Below, piece by piece: positions 52,181 through 64,000 of a stretch of 64,000 nucleotides of DNA. The position numbers were made by a program, and so were the translations under genes. Below the pieces are notes generated by a model. It ran no database searches and was not told the origin of the DNA. It saw only the letters and a list, made by a program, of their open reading frames with translations. Origin of the DNA: Octopus sinensis (Eukaryota); contig NC_042999.1 in the NCBI RefSeq assembly GCF_006345805.1, forward strand, positions 165,850,001 to 165,914,000, given 5' to 3'. Every line of letters begins with the position of its first letter. The first letter of the stretch is position 1.

Positions 52181-53535
52181 TTCTCCACATCACCAAGTGT
52201 TGCCCACTGCAAATAAGTTCATAGTATTCACCAAACAGTGCTAAAGTATCTAATTATATTTTGTAAGTCCATTCAGTCCTGGAAGTTGGCAGTCATAGAG
52301 GATGTACAATGCATTCTGCAGAGGTCTGTGATTACATGGTCAATTGTTTTGGGCATTGTGCATACTTGATAAGATGGTGTTCAGGCTGGTAGGTGTAACT
52401 CATCTTCCAAGATTATATATATATATATATGTTAAATGATGATGATGATGACGATATGTGTGCCTTGTTGTTACTAGTTCTGCTCGTATCTTTGTCTAAT
52501 GAAATGAGCATGAAACACAAGTAATATCATCATCATCATCATCATTGTTCCATGCTGGCATGGGTTGGACAGTTTAACAGGAGCTGACCTGCTGGAGAGC
52601 TTCCCAGGCTCCATTTGTCTGTTTTGGCATGGTTTCTATGGTTTGATACCCTTCCTAATGCCAATCACTTTACAGTGTGTACTCGGTGCTTTTGACGTGG
52701 CACCGTTACAGGTACTTTTATGTGGCACTGGTACAGGTGCTTTTATAAGACACCACCACTCATGAGCCTGCAAGACTAGGATCATATAATCATTAGTGAT
52801 ATTCATGATGTGTCTGAAACAATAAAAGAATATTGAATGTAAACAAGTTTTCATTGCGTTATGACATTAACAATCTAAGGTGGCAAGCTGGCAAAATTGT
52901 TTGCACACCAGACACGATATTAGTGGCTTTGGCTTGTGTTTACATTCCAAACTCAAATTCTGTCAAAGTTGACTAAGCTTTTCATCCTTTTGGACCCATT
53001 AAAACAAGTACCACTTAAGCGCTGGTGTTGATGCAATCGACCGGTTCCTCTCCCTTAAAATGTCAGGCTTTGAGCCAACAACAGAAACGATTATGACATT
53101 CACAATCCAATGTTCAAATAGAAAATTTAGTTAAATCAACTAAGTCTGTGTGATCACTTTGAGTTCATCCATGGTGAACACTAACAGATGCTGAGCAAAT
53201 AAACAGACAAACCATTGATGATCAAGATCAACTAGTTCAGTTAGCAAAATACTGCCAAGATCTGTAGTTGTGGCATGCACAGATGAGATATTTCAGCCAG
53301 CCAAAGACTAAAGTGACTTCAATCCAAACTGGACATTCATGCCGCATTACTCAATTGAGACAGCTGGATTGAATGACTTGTAATGTTTATCACCACTTCT
53401 ATATGGCTGTCCCATAGATTATAGAGGTTTTCTAACTGGCTACTCTGCTTTTGTGTGTGTATACATGTGTGTGTATGCATGGATGTGTGTGTATATATGT
53501 ATGTGTGTATGTACATGTGGGTGTGTGTGTGTGTA

Positions 53536-54302
53536 TTTAGAGTTGCAAAAAAGTAATGTCTTATTTTCAAGCAAGTAGCAATTGAATAGGGTCCATGTTA
53601 AACTATTGGAGACTTATCATGGAAGTCAAAAAGCCATGGTCCACTGTGCAAGATCATTGCATATAGATTGGGAAAGTGTTTAGAGAGGGGAAGTGAGTTC
53701 AAAAGCTGTCTTCTGAGAATAAAGCAGTGTGTTCAGCAATTTACTAATCAGAAATGAAGAAACCTCATTTCTTAATGAAATTGTTGTGTTTGGTGGAATA
53801 CAATAAATATTGTTCCTTTGAATTATTGGAACAAAGGAAAGTATATCCACAGAACTATTTTGTCATCAACTTGAACATGTCAATCAAGTTTTGCTCAAAA
53901 ACCAACCAAGACTTGTCAACGGAAAGGGAATCATCCTGCAACATGATAATGCAGTGAAGATAACAAAGGAAAGATAAATTTATTGAGCTGGAAAGCACTG
54001 CTTGGCACTTGCTACTCATCAAACCAAGCACCATCAGATTTTCACTGATTCAGGTCTCTTGAGTTCTTTATCAGTGGAGAAAGACTCAGAAGGTGGAACA
54101 CTGTCAAAACAGCTCTCCAAACATCTCCGTCTTCTAAAGAACCTGATATTTTTTACCTGAGGAACCAGAAAAGTGGTTTCAAGGTGGGAAAATATTGCTA
54201 ATGGTGGTGATTATATTTTGAATAAATAAATATTTTTATATGTTTCTTGCTGATTTGAACTCATTACATGTTTTGTAACATTAATTTTTGGCACCCCTAA
54301 AA
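53536..54302 (+). mobile_element. Internally deleted, decayed mariner element
   Basis: Degenerate TIRs (ta-tttagagttgcaaaaaagtaat versus reverse complement of attaatttttggcacccctaaaa-ta). Remnants WSTVQDH, LLIRNEETSFLNEIV, CHQLEHVNQVLLKNQPRLVNGKGIILQHDNA and APSDFH.FRSL. Confidence 0.8.
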
Positions 54303-54370
54303 TATATATATATGTGTGTGTGTGAGATCATGCATGTGTGTATATATGTGTGCATGTGCATGCATGTATA

Positions 54371-54401
<31 letters not shown>

Positions 54402-56554
54402 TTATATACATACATACACATAGCAGGCTAGCTGCGCAATCAGTCTACATCTCCACTAATCCTGTGTGATGCAGTACTGAGGTAAACTAAATATCCATGT
54501 TTTTCAGGTATCTCCAATCTTCCAATGGTGCTACTAAACATTGTACTGAGTTTTGATACTAGTATGCCTTCAGTCAATTTTGGTGAGATGCCTGCCATGT
54601 TTCATTTGGTTTCAGTTTCATGCTTTTTTTCTAACATTTTCTTCCATTCTGACCTATTTTAACAATTAATTTCAGTGCTTATTGTAAAACTACTAAATTT
54701 ATTTGCTTTATCAGGTTCTATACAAAGGACTGCATGTCTTTGTTACTGTTATTTTGTTACCTTTAAGTTTCTTTCTGTTAATTTCCGTTCTTTTCTAAGA
54801 GCCTTCTTGCTTTATTTTGCTCTAAATAAGTTTCTCAAAATTCACTTTGAGAAAATTATTCAAAGGTAAGATTCTTTAAGAATCAAAGCATCATGAGTGT
54901 GGTCATCAGCTGCAACCATAAGCTGTTATAGTCCATATATTTGGTGAAGAAATGGATTTCTATATAAACCAGGGTTTATCAACTTAATTCTTGTTTCCTT
55001 TCTGCAACTGACACTGCACTTAAGGAGAAGAAGTGTTACACATAGTTCTCCATGTTCTGTGCACAGAACATGGTGTGCTTAATTTTCCTTTCATGGCTGT
55101 GAAACTTGCTGCTTATGGACGGATAATCAGTGTTGTATCAAACTATTTAGCAATTTGTATCTGAGAAGAATATACACATGCATCGCACCAACTGTGTGAG
55201 GCAGTGTAGTCTTTTATCTTTTATTTGTGTCAGCCATTGGACTGTGGCCATGCTGGGGTACTGCCTTGGAGATCTTTTTCTTTTACTTTTAGTTGAATGA
55301 ATTGACTCCAGTTCTTATTTTTTAAAGCCTCATACTTTTTCTGTTGGTCTCTTTTGCCGAACCAATTAAGTTACAGGAATGTAAACACACCAACACCGGC
55401 TGTCAAGTGGTGGTGGAGAACAAACACAGACTAAAAGATACACACATATACACAATGGGCTTCTTTCAGTTTCCATCTGCCAAATCCACTCACAAGGCTT
55501 TGGTTGGCCTGAGGCCGTAGTTGAAGGCACTTTCCCAAGGTGCCATACAGTGGGACTGAATTGGGAACCTTGTGGTTGGGAAGCAAGCTTCTTACTACAG
55601 AGCCACACCTATAACAAGGTGCTGTCCTCTATATACAGAACTAGTTTGGTCATGCATGTCAACATTTGCCAGACACCTTTATTTTTATTGCTTTCAATTC
55701 GTTTCTCACCTTACCCCTCATCCCCAACGCTTGGCCTGGTGGAGCTGCTTTGGTTGGTGACTGCAGATTTTGTATTGAACACTAGCTACCACCTGTACTG
55801 ATGGAATGTGACTGGGCATGAAAATGGTATTACAATGGATGATAGCTATTCAAAAATAGCCTGCATGGTGAATACTAGTGTGGGTACAAGTGACTGAAGT
55901 AATAATTATGATTGGTACAGTTATAGAATTATCATTGAGAACATGAAGACTGGCTTGCTACTTATAATAATGATGATTCTGATTTAACCCTTTAGCATTC
56001 AGATTACTCTGTCAAATGTAATGTTTCTTTATTCACATTGTTTTAAATGAATCGTGCATTGTCTTGTAGCTTCCAGATTTCAGTGATGTGATTGTTTGAT
56101 TTTACAATGACATTGTATGGTAGGTGTGCTAAGCTGAACGTGAGCCAGTTTGAACATAAAACAGGTACAATATTTGGGCCAGATATGACTACAAGACCAA
56201 CAGTTTTGAGGGAAAGGAGTTGACTGATACTGTTGAGCCCAAGATGAAAGGCAAAGTTGACTTTGATGGGATTCGAACTCAGAATATAAAGAACTAGAGA
56301 AATTACAGCAAAACATTTTTTCTGATTCTCAAATGATTCTGCTAATCCACAACAATAATAATAATCCTTTCTACTAAAGGCACAAGGCCTGAAATTTGGG
56401 GAAAGGAGACCAGTCGATTACATTGACCCCAGTTTTTCACTGCTACTTATTTCATCAATCCCGAAAGGATGAAAAGCAAAGTCAACCTTGATGGGAAATA
56501 CCGCTAAGCATTTCGCCTGGTGTGCTAATGATTTTACCACCTCACTGCCTTAGC

Positions 56555-56587
<33 letters not shown>

Positions 56588-57302
56588 TTCTACTATAGGC
56601 ATAAGGCCTGGAATTTTGGTGTGAGGGGTATAGTCGATTACATTGATCCCAGTACTTGACTGATACATATTTTATTAACCCCAAAAAGATGAAAGGTAAA
56701 CTTGACCTTGGTGGAAATTGAACTCAGAGCATAAAGATGGATGAAATACCTTTAAGCATTTTGTCCAGTTTGCTAACAATTCTGCCAACTTACTGCCTTA
56801 ATAACAATAATAATGACAATAATGATAATAATTAGTGGGACCTGTGAATATTTCACGGAATTAATTGTAAACTTATTGGGTTATTCCTGGAAACTTTATC
56901 CAAAAAGCTTAAAAGTGTAGCCTGATAGTCGCTCATCTGCCATTCATTGAAAAGTGAAGGAAATTGGAATACAATGATTGCTTAATGCACTTTATATACT
57001 TTATGCACAATTTTATAAACTTTATACACAGCACTCATTAAATAAATATTTACCCTTATTTTTCCTTTTCCCCCCATAAACAGAAAAAATTACATTTTAA
57101 AATTTACTTGGTCACAATTTTATATCTAGAAAACAAAAATTTTATAGTAAGAAAAATGATTTTATATGTAAAATATGGGGTCACAATTTCATGGGGGTAA
57201 AAATTTGATGCAGGTGGCGTACTCTGAAAAGGACAGCATTGGTAACTTATAAGCCAAGGCAATGGGTCGGAGCCAATACACATTTCAATTTGCATACAGC
57301 TT

Positions 57303-57542
57303 TCAATCCAATCCTTCTTTGCAGACAATGTTCTTCGTGTAAGTTCTCTCTCTTCTTTTCCCTTGTTTGTCAGTGATGATAACTTTAACTCTCACATCAG
57401 ATAATTTGTGAGCCCTTGAGAATGCAACATATAGCTGACCATGGCCGAATACACGTTCAGGCAAGAACATCCCCACTTTATCAAATGTCTTCCTTTCTGA
57501 TTTATTGATAGTCATTGCATATGACAGGCAAACGGGAAACTG
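57303..57542 (-). mobile_element. Helitron RepHel Pif1-like helicase C-terminal fragment
   Basis: QFPVCLSYAMTINKSERKTFDKVGMFLPERVFGHGQLYVAFSRA are helicase motifs V/VI typical of Helitrons. Isolated, with no exon context. Confidence 0.85.
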
Positions 57543-60500
57543 GGATGCACATGCATTAAGTGGTAGGTGATATAAAAATACCCTAGTGCAGCTTTTGGAA
57601 AAAATTACTTTTCACTATACTCTCACCATTGCCACCTCCACCACCACCGCAATCATCTCTCTCCCTCTCTCTCTCTCTCTCTCCCTCTCTCTCTCTCTCT
57701 CCCCCTCTCTCTCTCTTTCTTTCTCCCTCTCTCTCTTCCTTTCTTTAATCTCACCATCAGAACATCACCCCTCTGCTAAAATTATATTCCTAACTCTCCT
57801 CTATATCACTACCTTCAACTAACTTTTTTAACCATGTAATAAATATTACTTTCTCCCTACCACATGTCATGGATGCTTCTCTCTCTCTCTCTCTTTCTGA
57901 CTCACTCTTTGCCTTATCCTCTTTTTCTTTCTCCTTTATCTTTCTCTGGTTCTCTCTTTCCCTTCAACGAATCATGTGAAAGCATTACAATTACATTCCC
58001 TCTACCTCACATCATGGACGGTTTTCTCTCCCTCTTTTCTTTCTTCCTCTTTTTCTCTAATCATGTGAAAGTGTTATTGACAGGCTATATAACATAATAA
58101 GCAGAATTATTATAAGATGATGATGATGATGATCCTTTCAAATTTTGACACAAGATCAGCAATTTGTGGGGAAAGGTAACTTGATTACATTGACCCCCTG
58201 TATTCAGCTGGTACTTATTTTATCAACCCAGAAAGGATGAAAAGCTAAGTTGACCGTGACAGAATTTGAATTCAGAATGTAGAGATAGACAAAGTGCCTC
58301 TTAGCATATGGCTCGGCATGCTAACAATTCTCTCAGTTCTCTGCTTTCCGTTAATGATGGTAATAATAACAATTGTTTCTTATTTTAGCAGTTGGGATTT
58401 AGTAGATTACATCAACTCCTAGTACTTGACTGGTACTTTACTTTATCAACTCCTTAACCCTTTCGCATTCAGTTTACTCTGTCAAATATAATTTTTGCCT
58501 ATTCACATTTTTTAAAATTAATCGTGTATTATCTTGTAAACTTCGAGATTTTGAGGCTGTGAATGTTTACTCTTAGATTAACATTGTAGGGTGAATGTGA
58601 GAGTCTGTATTTGGTCAGCTTCAACAAAAGGCAGGTAAAATATTTGGGTCAGAGTTTGTATTGAACACTAGCTACAACCTGTACTGATGGAATGTGAAGG
58701 AGCATGAAAATAGGTATGAACTGGCCACCATATTACAATGCTAAAATGCTCAAAGATGAAGGGCAATGTTAACTATTGTTTTCTGCCACATGTTCTTCAA
58801 ACATGCAATACAACTTCAGGATGTGACAAAGTAAATTTTGGTAGGATATGAACTCCTAATACATTGGGATGAAACTAAATGCTGTAGACATTTCCTCTTA
58901 TTTCTACCAGATCATTTACTACACTTCTTATATTACTAGTGGTGTTGATGGTTTTGGTGGTGGTGGTGGTGGTGTAATCATGATGATTGTACAGGTGATG
59001 ATAGTGGTGTGTTTGTAATGGTATCATCTTAAAATTAATGCTTATAAAAGTATCCTCGTCATCATCATCCTGTTGGTTGTAAATAAGCAATGTAAATAAA
59101 CTAAGGTCAGCAATGTAATCAGTTAATATCTTTATCATTGCACCAAACAACATATGAACAACAGTTTGTCCTTCGCAAGCCAATAATAATAGTTGTGAAA
59201 GAGATTCAATATTTTGCATGTGGTGTAAAGTTTCAAAACACAGTTCAACCATCTTGACTTGAAAATATTTAATAAGTCTGTTTTACAAGATAGCATAGAT
59301 TTCTAACATAAGAAGAAGACATTTGTAAGAGAGGAGTATGGTCAACTGAGTTGTTATTTTATTGAGCTTTGAACAATGACAAATATAAAAGCACAGAATG
59401 AAAAACAACAGACCGTTTTATGCTCTGATTTTTTTTTTTTATAAATCCACTGCCCAGGTCAGTTCACCAGGTCAGAATAAAAAGACACTTTTACTTGAAT
59501 AGGGAGTTCAAAGCTAAGGTTGATTCATGACAAACCACTTTCTGTTCAGAATTCAGATGAATTTAATTTAATTTTGTTCCTTATTTTATTTTATTTGTTT
59601 AATTTACAGCTTTTAATTAATTGCTTTAAAGCCAAATTTCAGTTTCAGTTTTCACAAACTTCATTCTCTAATTTTCAACTCATCTTTAATTGTCAAGGTT
59701 ATACAACAACAAATATGTCTATATCAGCTTATACATCACTGCCATAGCTTACCTCATAAAAAGCTGGTTTGTCACTGGACTAGAAAGTACTTAGACAAGC
59801 AATTCAGAATTTGAACCAGTAATTTAAATTAAGTTTTTGTATTCCTGTGTATTTTTCCTTGTATATACTTTAAGTACATAGATGAAGGTAATGCTGATTA
59901 ATCAGAAAGCGGTTATTATTGTTTAAATTATAAGCAAAAAGTTTTTACGGTCAACTATATTTGTATGACAGTATCTGATAATAAGTTACAAACTATTAAC
60001 CTCACAATTATTTGGTACTTTATTGACTCACGACTCAGCTGTCTTATTAGAAAAATGAAATTACTTCAACTCGACCCAGGACTAGAGACACTGACATCTG
60101 TCACAGATGTCATTTGTGAATACTGTTCAATACTTGATGTAGGACTTCTAACAGTACAGCCAACCTATGGAACAGATAGTGCCATCTGAATATTGCTGAT
60201 AACTTTAACAATAACATCAGTTTCTAATTACTAAGCATTACCATGTCCAGAGGGGTGGGGCCAATGTTCAGTGATACCATTGAGAGGTAGGTCCCGAAAC
60301 AGCTCACATTCACTCCTGATGATCCCATAATCTTGCTAGGCATGTGGAGTGTTCAACTGGTTGCACTTGCATCTGCAAGTTGTTTGAAAAAATCTAAAAA
60401 TATATAGTTACATTCTTGTTCTAATATACTTCTCTGACCCATGTATGTGCACAGTGTATAATTAAAAGCTTTACATTTTAAAGTATTGAACCTTTCCTTT

Positions 60501-61213
60501 TAATTAGCTTAATCTTTATATATATATATATATATATATACATATATTCAGCAGTGTAAGCAAAGTTTAGGTTAGTTAAAACATGTTTGTGACACATTTC
60601 AGCTTCTAAAGGCAAATTCACTTTATGGAGAAAAAAAATCTCTCTTATGGTAAAAAGGTGTTAAACACCATATCTGCCCAGTGCTGTCCCCTGTTGCATT
60701 CCCAGACACTGTGTTTCTAGCCCTTTCATTGTTATCAATGAGAAATACCAAAAAGTGGGTAACTCTGGACAGATTTAAAGCCATAGAGTTATAACTAAAA
60801 CACAGTCACCAGCACTGAGTTGTGTTATTGGACTGCCTGGTTGGGATGAATTCACTAGTGTCAGTACCAAGCAGTGATGGGGCATAAGTGAACTTTAGGT
60901 TAGGTAAATGTGTTTGTGATACATTCCAACTTCGAAAGGGTGTTTTTTTTTGGGGGGGGGGTTCTTGGATTGCTCCCTCCTTGACTCTCAATTCTCCATG
61001 CTGATGTACTGGCTCCCCACTCATAGGCCATATTCATTGATATTCATTAAACAGTTACTAATCAAAAGTTTATCTTTCATACACACCATTTAAATTTTTG
61101 TTTCTGTATATGGGCATGGCTGGATGGATCTACACTTCAGGCCTGTCCCCTTCATTTGCACTGTTCTTTTCATTTGGCTCAACATGTTTATCATAAAGTA
61201 AAACAGAAAAGTG

Positions 61214-61305
61214 TTTTTGCATTTGTATTATTTGCCAAAGCAGAATATCATTACTCTCCGTAAAGTAATGAGATTCTGTTTTGGCAAATCATACAAATGC
61301 AAAAA
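61214..61305. repeat. 92-nt inverted repeat (42-bp stem, 8-nt loop)
   Basis: 61214-61255 pairs with 61264-61305 with 3 non-Watson-Crick positions, one of them G:U on the + strand. Confidence 0.85.
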
Positions 61306-61779
61306 GTTCAAACGATAGAATAAATTTTATACCATAAGAGAGAAAACATTATTTTTCTTCTACCTCATATCCACATGTGTGTTTGTTTTTAGTTCCAATA
61401 TAGGTAGGATAAACAAAAAAAGTTCCCCATCCAGTGTGAGAGAAATATCATTTCATGTACACAATTACAAAAGTGCTATTAATAGTTTCATGCTTTAAAA
61501 TACATTAAATTGACAGATCACTATAACATGCCATGTATCTCCAAGCAATTTTTCAGGCTCAGTTCATAACATTAGATGTATTTAAAAACCAAAATGCTGG
61601 TCTATGAGGAAAAAAACAAGAAAAAAGCTGGTGCAAGAAGTTGTACAAAAGGAAAGAAAACCAGCATCTCCATCTATTTTTGACTGTAGAAATCATAATT
61701 AATGTAGCTGGTGCTGAATAATATAACAAAAAGGACACCAAAGTCTGTGAGATAGCTATTCAATGAAGAGCGGGTGGTG

Positions 61780-62195
61780 TCCTCCTCCAGTTCAACATGA
61801 GAAACCTGTCCAAGTGCTTTCAATTTTAAAAGTCATTATGCAGATCACCAGTCTTCTATCTGACACAGGCAGATAGAAGGCCAGGCAGGACAACCTAATT
61901 GAGCAGAAAAATTACATCAGTTTATGCAAAGACAGTTTTAAAAGCCCTTATGCAAACCATCAGTCTTCTTTCTGGCACAATGATAAAAATAAGGCCACTA
62001 AGTATGGGATCTGAAGATCAAATGCACACCACATGCAATAAAGTCAAGCGTTGTGGAGAAACCTACACCAGATAGGAATGAATCAAAGAGATGCAAATTA
62101 TGCATAACTGAAAGACCACACTTTCTTTTCAGGTTGAAGAACTTCACCACACTGCTTAATTCCAGATGAGAAATTTTGAGCAGATGCAAGTTTCT
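61780..62195 (+). mobile_element. Decayed Penelope-like GIY-YIG endonuclease region
   Basis: KNYISLCKDSFKSPYANHQSSFWHN and NESKRCKLCITERPHFLF...LLNSR*EILSRCK match the PLE C-terminal pattern YIG...FK.RY.NH.SSF / SK.C.LC..EK...LLNKR.E..SKC. Confidence 0.75.
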
Positions 62196-63449
62196 TTCTG
62201 TTCCACTTTTTGCATCAACCTTCTTTGTGTTTTTTTTCTTCTCAGAGTCCATCATCCTGGTTTTTAAATTCATCTAACATTATGAACTGAGGCTGAAAGT
62301 TTGCTGGAGATACATGGCATGTTATATAAATCTGCCAATTCAATGTATCTGAGAGCATGAAACTATTAGTAGCCCTTTTGTAATTGTGTATATTAAATGA
62401 TGTATCATTAATAGCAACAAAAGCTGTATTAATACCAAAAAGTAATACTTAAAAGCAGAAGTTGTGTTTACACAGAGTACTGTAGTAATCATGAGGTAAA
62501 CCTCTCATATTGACTTGTGGTGCATATAAGCACTTATATTTATATTGCTAGCAGGAAATAATCATCCGTGATTGCCACCAGGACTACCTGATCACATGAT
62601 TTCAGCCTTCCTTGGCCTTGTCAATGGTAGATGCCTGAAAGCTAGAGATAATAGCGATTCCTCCATTAGCAATATACATAGAATCTCAATGCCTAATCAC
62701 TGTTGTCACAAATAGCCAGTGATTTTATTTAAAAATAATTAATAATAATTAATATGTATTAATCAATAATTAAAAAAAATATATATATGGTAATAATTAA
62801 AATATCCGCATTAATTAATACACACACACGTGTGTGTGTGTGTTTTGGGGTATGTATATGTAATATTCTTTTTATTAGCAGAAAGTTACAAAAATGATTC
62901 AAGAGCCAAGTGTTTCATGCCTGGTACTTCTTGAATCCTTTGCCCTTGAGTTACTTTGCTAAGGCATTGAATTCTCTTGATCATTTGTTCTGCCGAACAT
63001 GCGAGTGTTATCTAAAAATTTGCCTGGAGTCTTTCATGGTAAATTTGAGATTAAAAACAAATGTTTCCCATATTCTTAATCTCCGTATTTATCCACGTAC
63101 ATTGAAAAATAGATGATGAAAAGGTATGGGGGTGTGTGTGAAATTTCTGAAGCTTCCACCACACCACACCCCATTTTTCGGGCCACAAAAAGGGTTTTGT
63201 AGCATATTAGGAGGCCAGGGTAGTTGATTCTACTCAAAAAATCCAATTTTTTTTTCTTAGTGAAAATCGTGCAAGTGTTAATCTAAAAATTTAATTTAAA
63301 ACCTTTTTCCCATTCGTTTCTGTTTATGAAATTCTCTGTACGTAATTCTGCTTTCTCGGTGGTCAAGGCAAATGATGACTGGCAAAGCAACAGTGTCCTA
63401 ATGCTGACATTGGAGATATATATAATATATAGTACATATATATATATAG

Positions 63450-63487
<38 letters not shown>

Positions 63488-63559
63488 ATAGTATATATAT
63501 ATATATAGTATATATATATATATTATATATATATATATTATATATATATATAGTATATA

Positions 63560-63890
63560 TAATATTTTTTTATTTTTATGGCTTTGCGAACGAAGATCAG
63601 GAAGGCTGTCCACGTCGCGTGCATGCACACTCATGACTGACAAGTCTGATATGGGAAAGGCAGGTCCGTGAGCAGTGTCCACAGACGAAGGTAACATCCG
63701 GTGTGGTGTCAGAGGCGGCTCACGCCTTCCTCCTGCGTCTCTTGTCTTTAAGTGCGTCTCTTCTTTGTTCCTCAAACTTGCTGACTGCGTTGAAGATCGT
63801 GTGGCACCAGACATCACGGTCCGCAGCCAGGTCTGACCAGCATTGGTGGTCAATATGACATGCTGTTAGAGACTTCTTGAGGCAGTCTTT
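63560..63890 (-). mobile_element. RTE (BovB/RTE-X-like) LINE 3' end
   Basis: Minus strand reads QYKDCLKKSLTACHIDHQCWSDLAADRDVWCHTIFNAVSKFEEQRRDALKDKRRRRKA* (stop at 63720-63722), followed by a 3' UTR and an A/TA-rich tail. Confidence 0.8.
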
Positions 63891-64000
63891 GTATTGTGTA
63901 TGTATTCATAAATATGCTTTCATCTCGTAGCAAGCAATGATTTATTTCAGAAAGATAGATTATCAGAGTTATAGATATTGATTAAAAACGAGGCTGTGGA

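Noticed and set aside
55050-55073. 24-bp perfect palindrome (also 11-12-bp hairpins at 9908-9933 and 39424-39452)
   Set aside because: Short, isolated, with no associated termini or functional context.
57303-57515. Host PIF1 helicase exon
   Set aside because: An isolated C-terminal fragment ending in a stop with a degraded motif (KSERK for KSQG), with no companion exons. It fits Helitron debris better.
58875-59252. 125-aa minus-strand ORF (MVELCFETLHH...)
   Set aside because: No family recognised, no usable splice donor, and the second half is low-complexity (GAT/GGT repeats). A BLAST search could revive it.
60263-60330. cccGAAAcagct...CTGATGA motif order suggestive of a hammerhead
   Set aside because: No consistent stem II pairing in any topology.
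61998-62273. 91-aa minus-strand ORF
   Set aside because: It is the antisense shadow of the + strand Penelope GIY-YIG remnant.

Overview
AT-rich, repeat-dense animal genomic DNA. The SINE families and the TA/CA/AAT/GAT microsatellite load look like Octopus; this is inferred from repeat recognition only. One protein-coding gene is supported: a ZDHHC3/ZDHHC7-type (GODZ) palmitoyltransferase on the + strand, with exons at 33079-33394, 41834-41958, 42522-42618 (contains DHHC) and 44462-44543, plus a probable upstream ATG-bearing exon at 26755-26828. I could not find the 3' exons (expected CS.FSPP...FGTQ...DETGIE.LK), so the gene probably continues past 64000. The rest is intronic or intergenic: three high-copy SINE-like families, piggyBac/hAT/Merlin-like MITEs, and decayed RTE, Penelope, mariner, Tc1 and Helitron fragments. 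The notable structures are a 167-bp-arm near-perfect palindrome in an intron, a piggyBac derivative nested in a long-TIR Merlin-like element, nested inverted SINE pairs around the main 5' coding exon, a 92-nt pre-miRNA-like hairpin, decayed hammerhead-like motifs and a uORF whose stop overlaps the predicted start codon. No CRISPR array, rRNA or intact tRNA was seen, and I cannot claim a confirmed new biological system.
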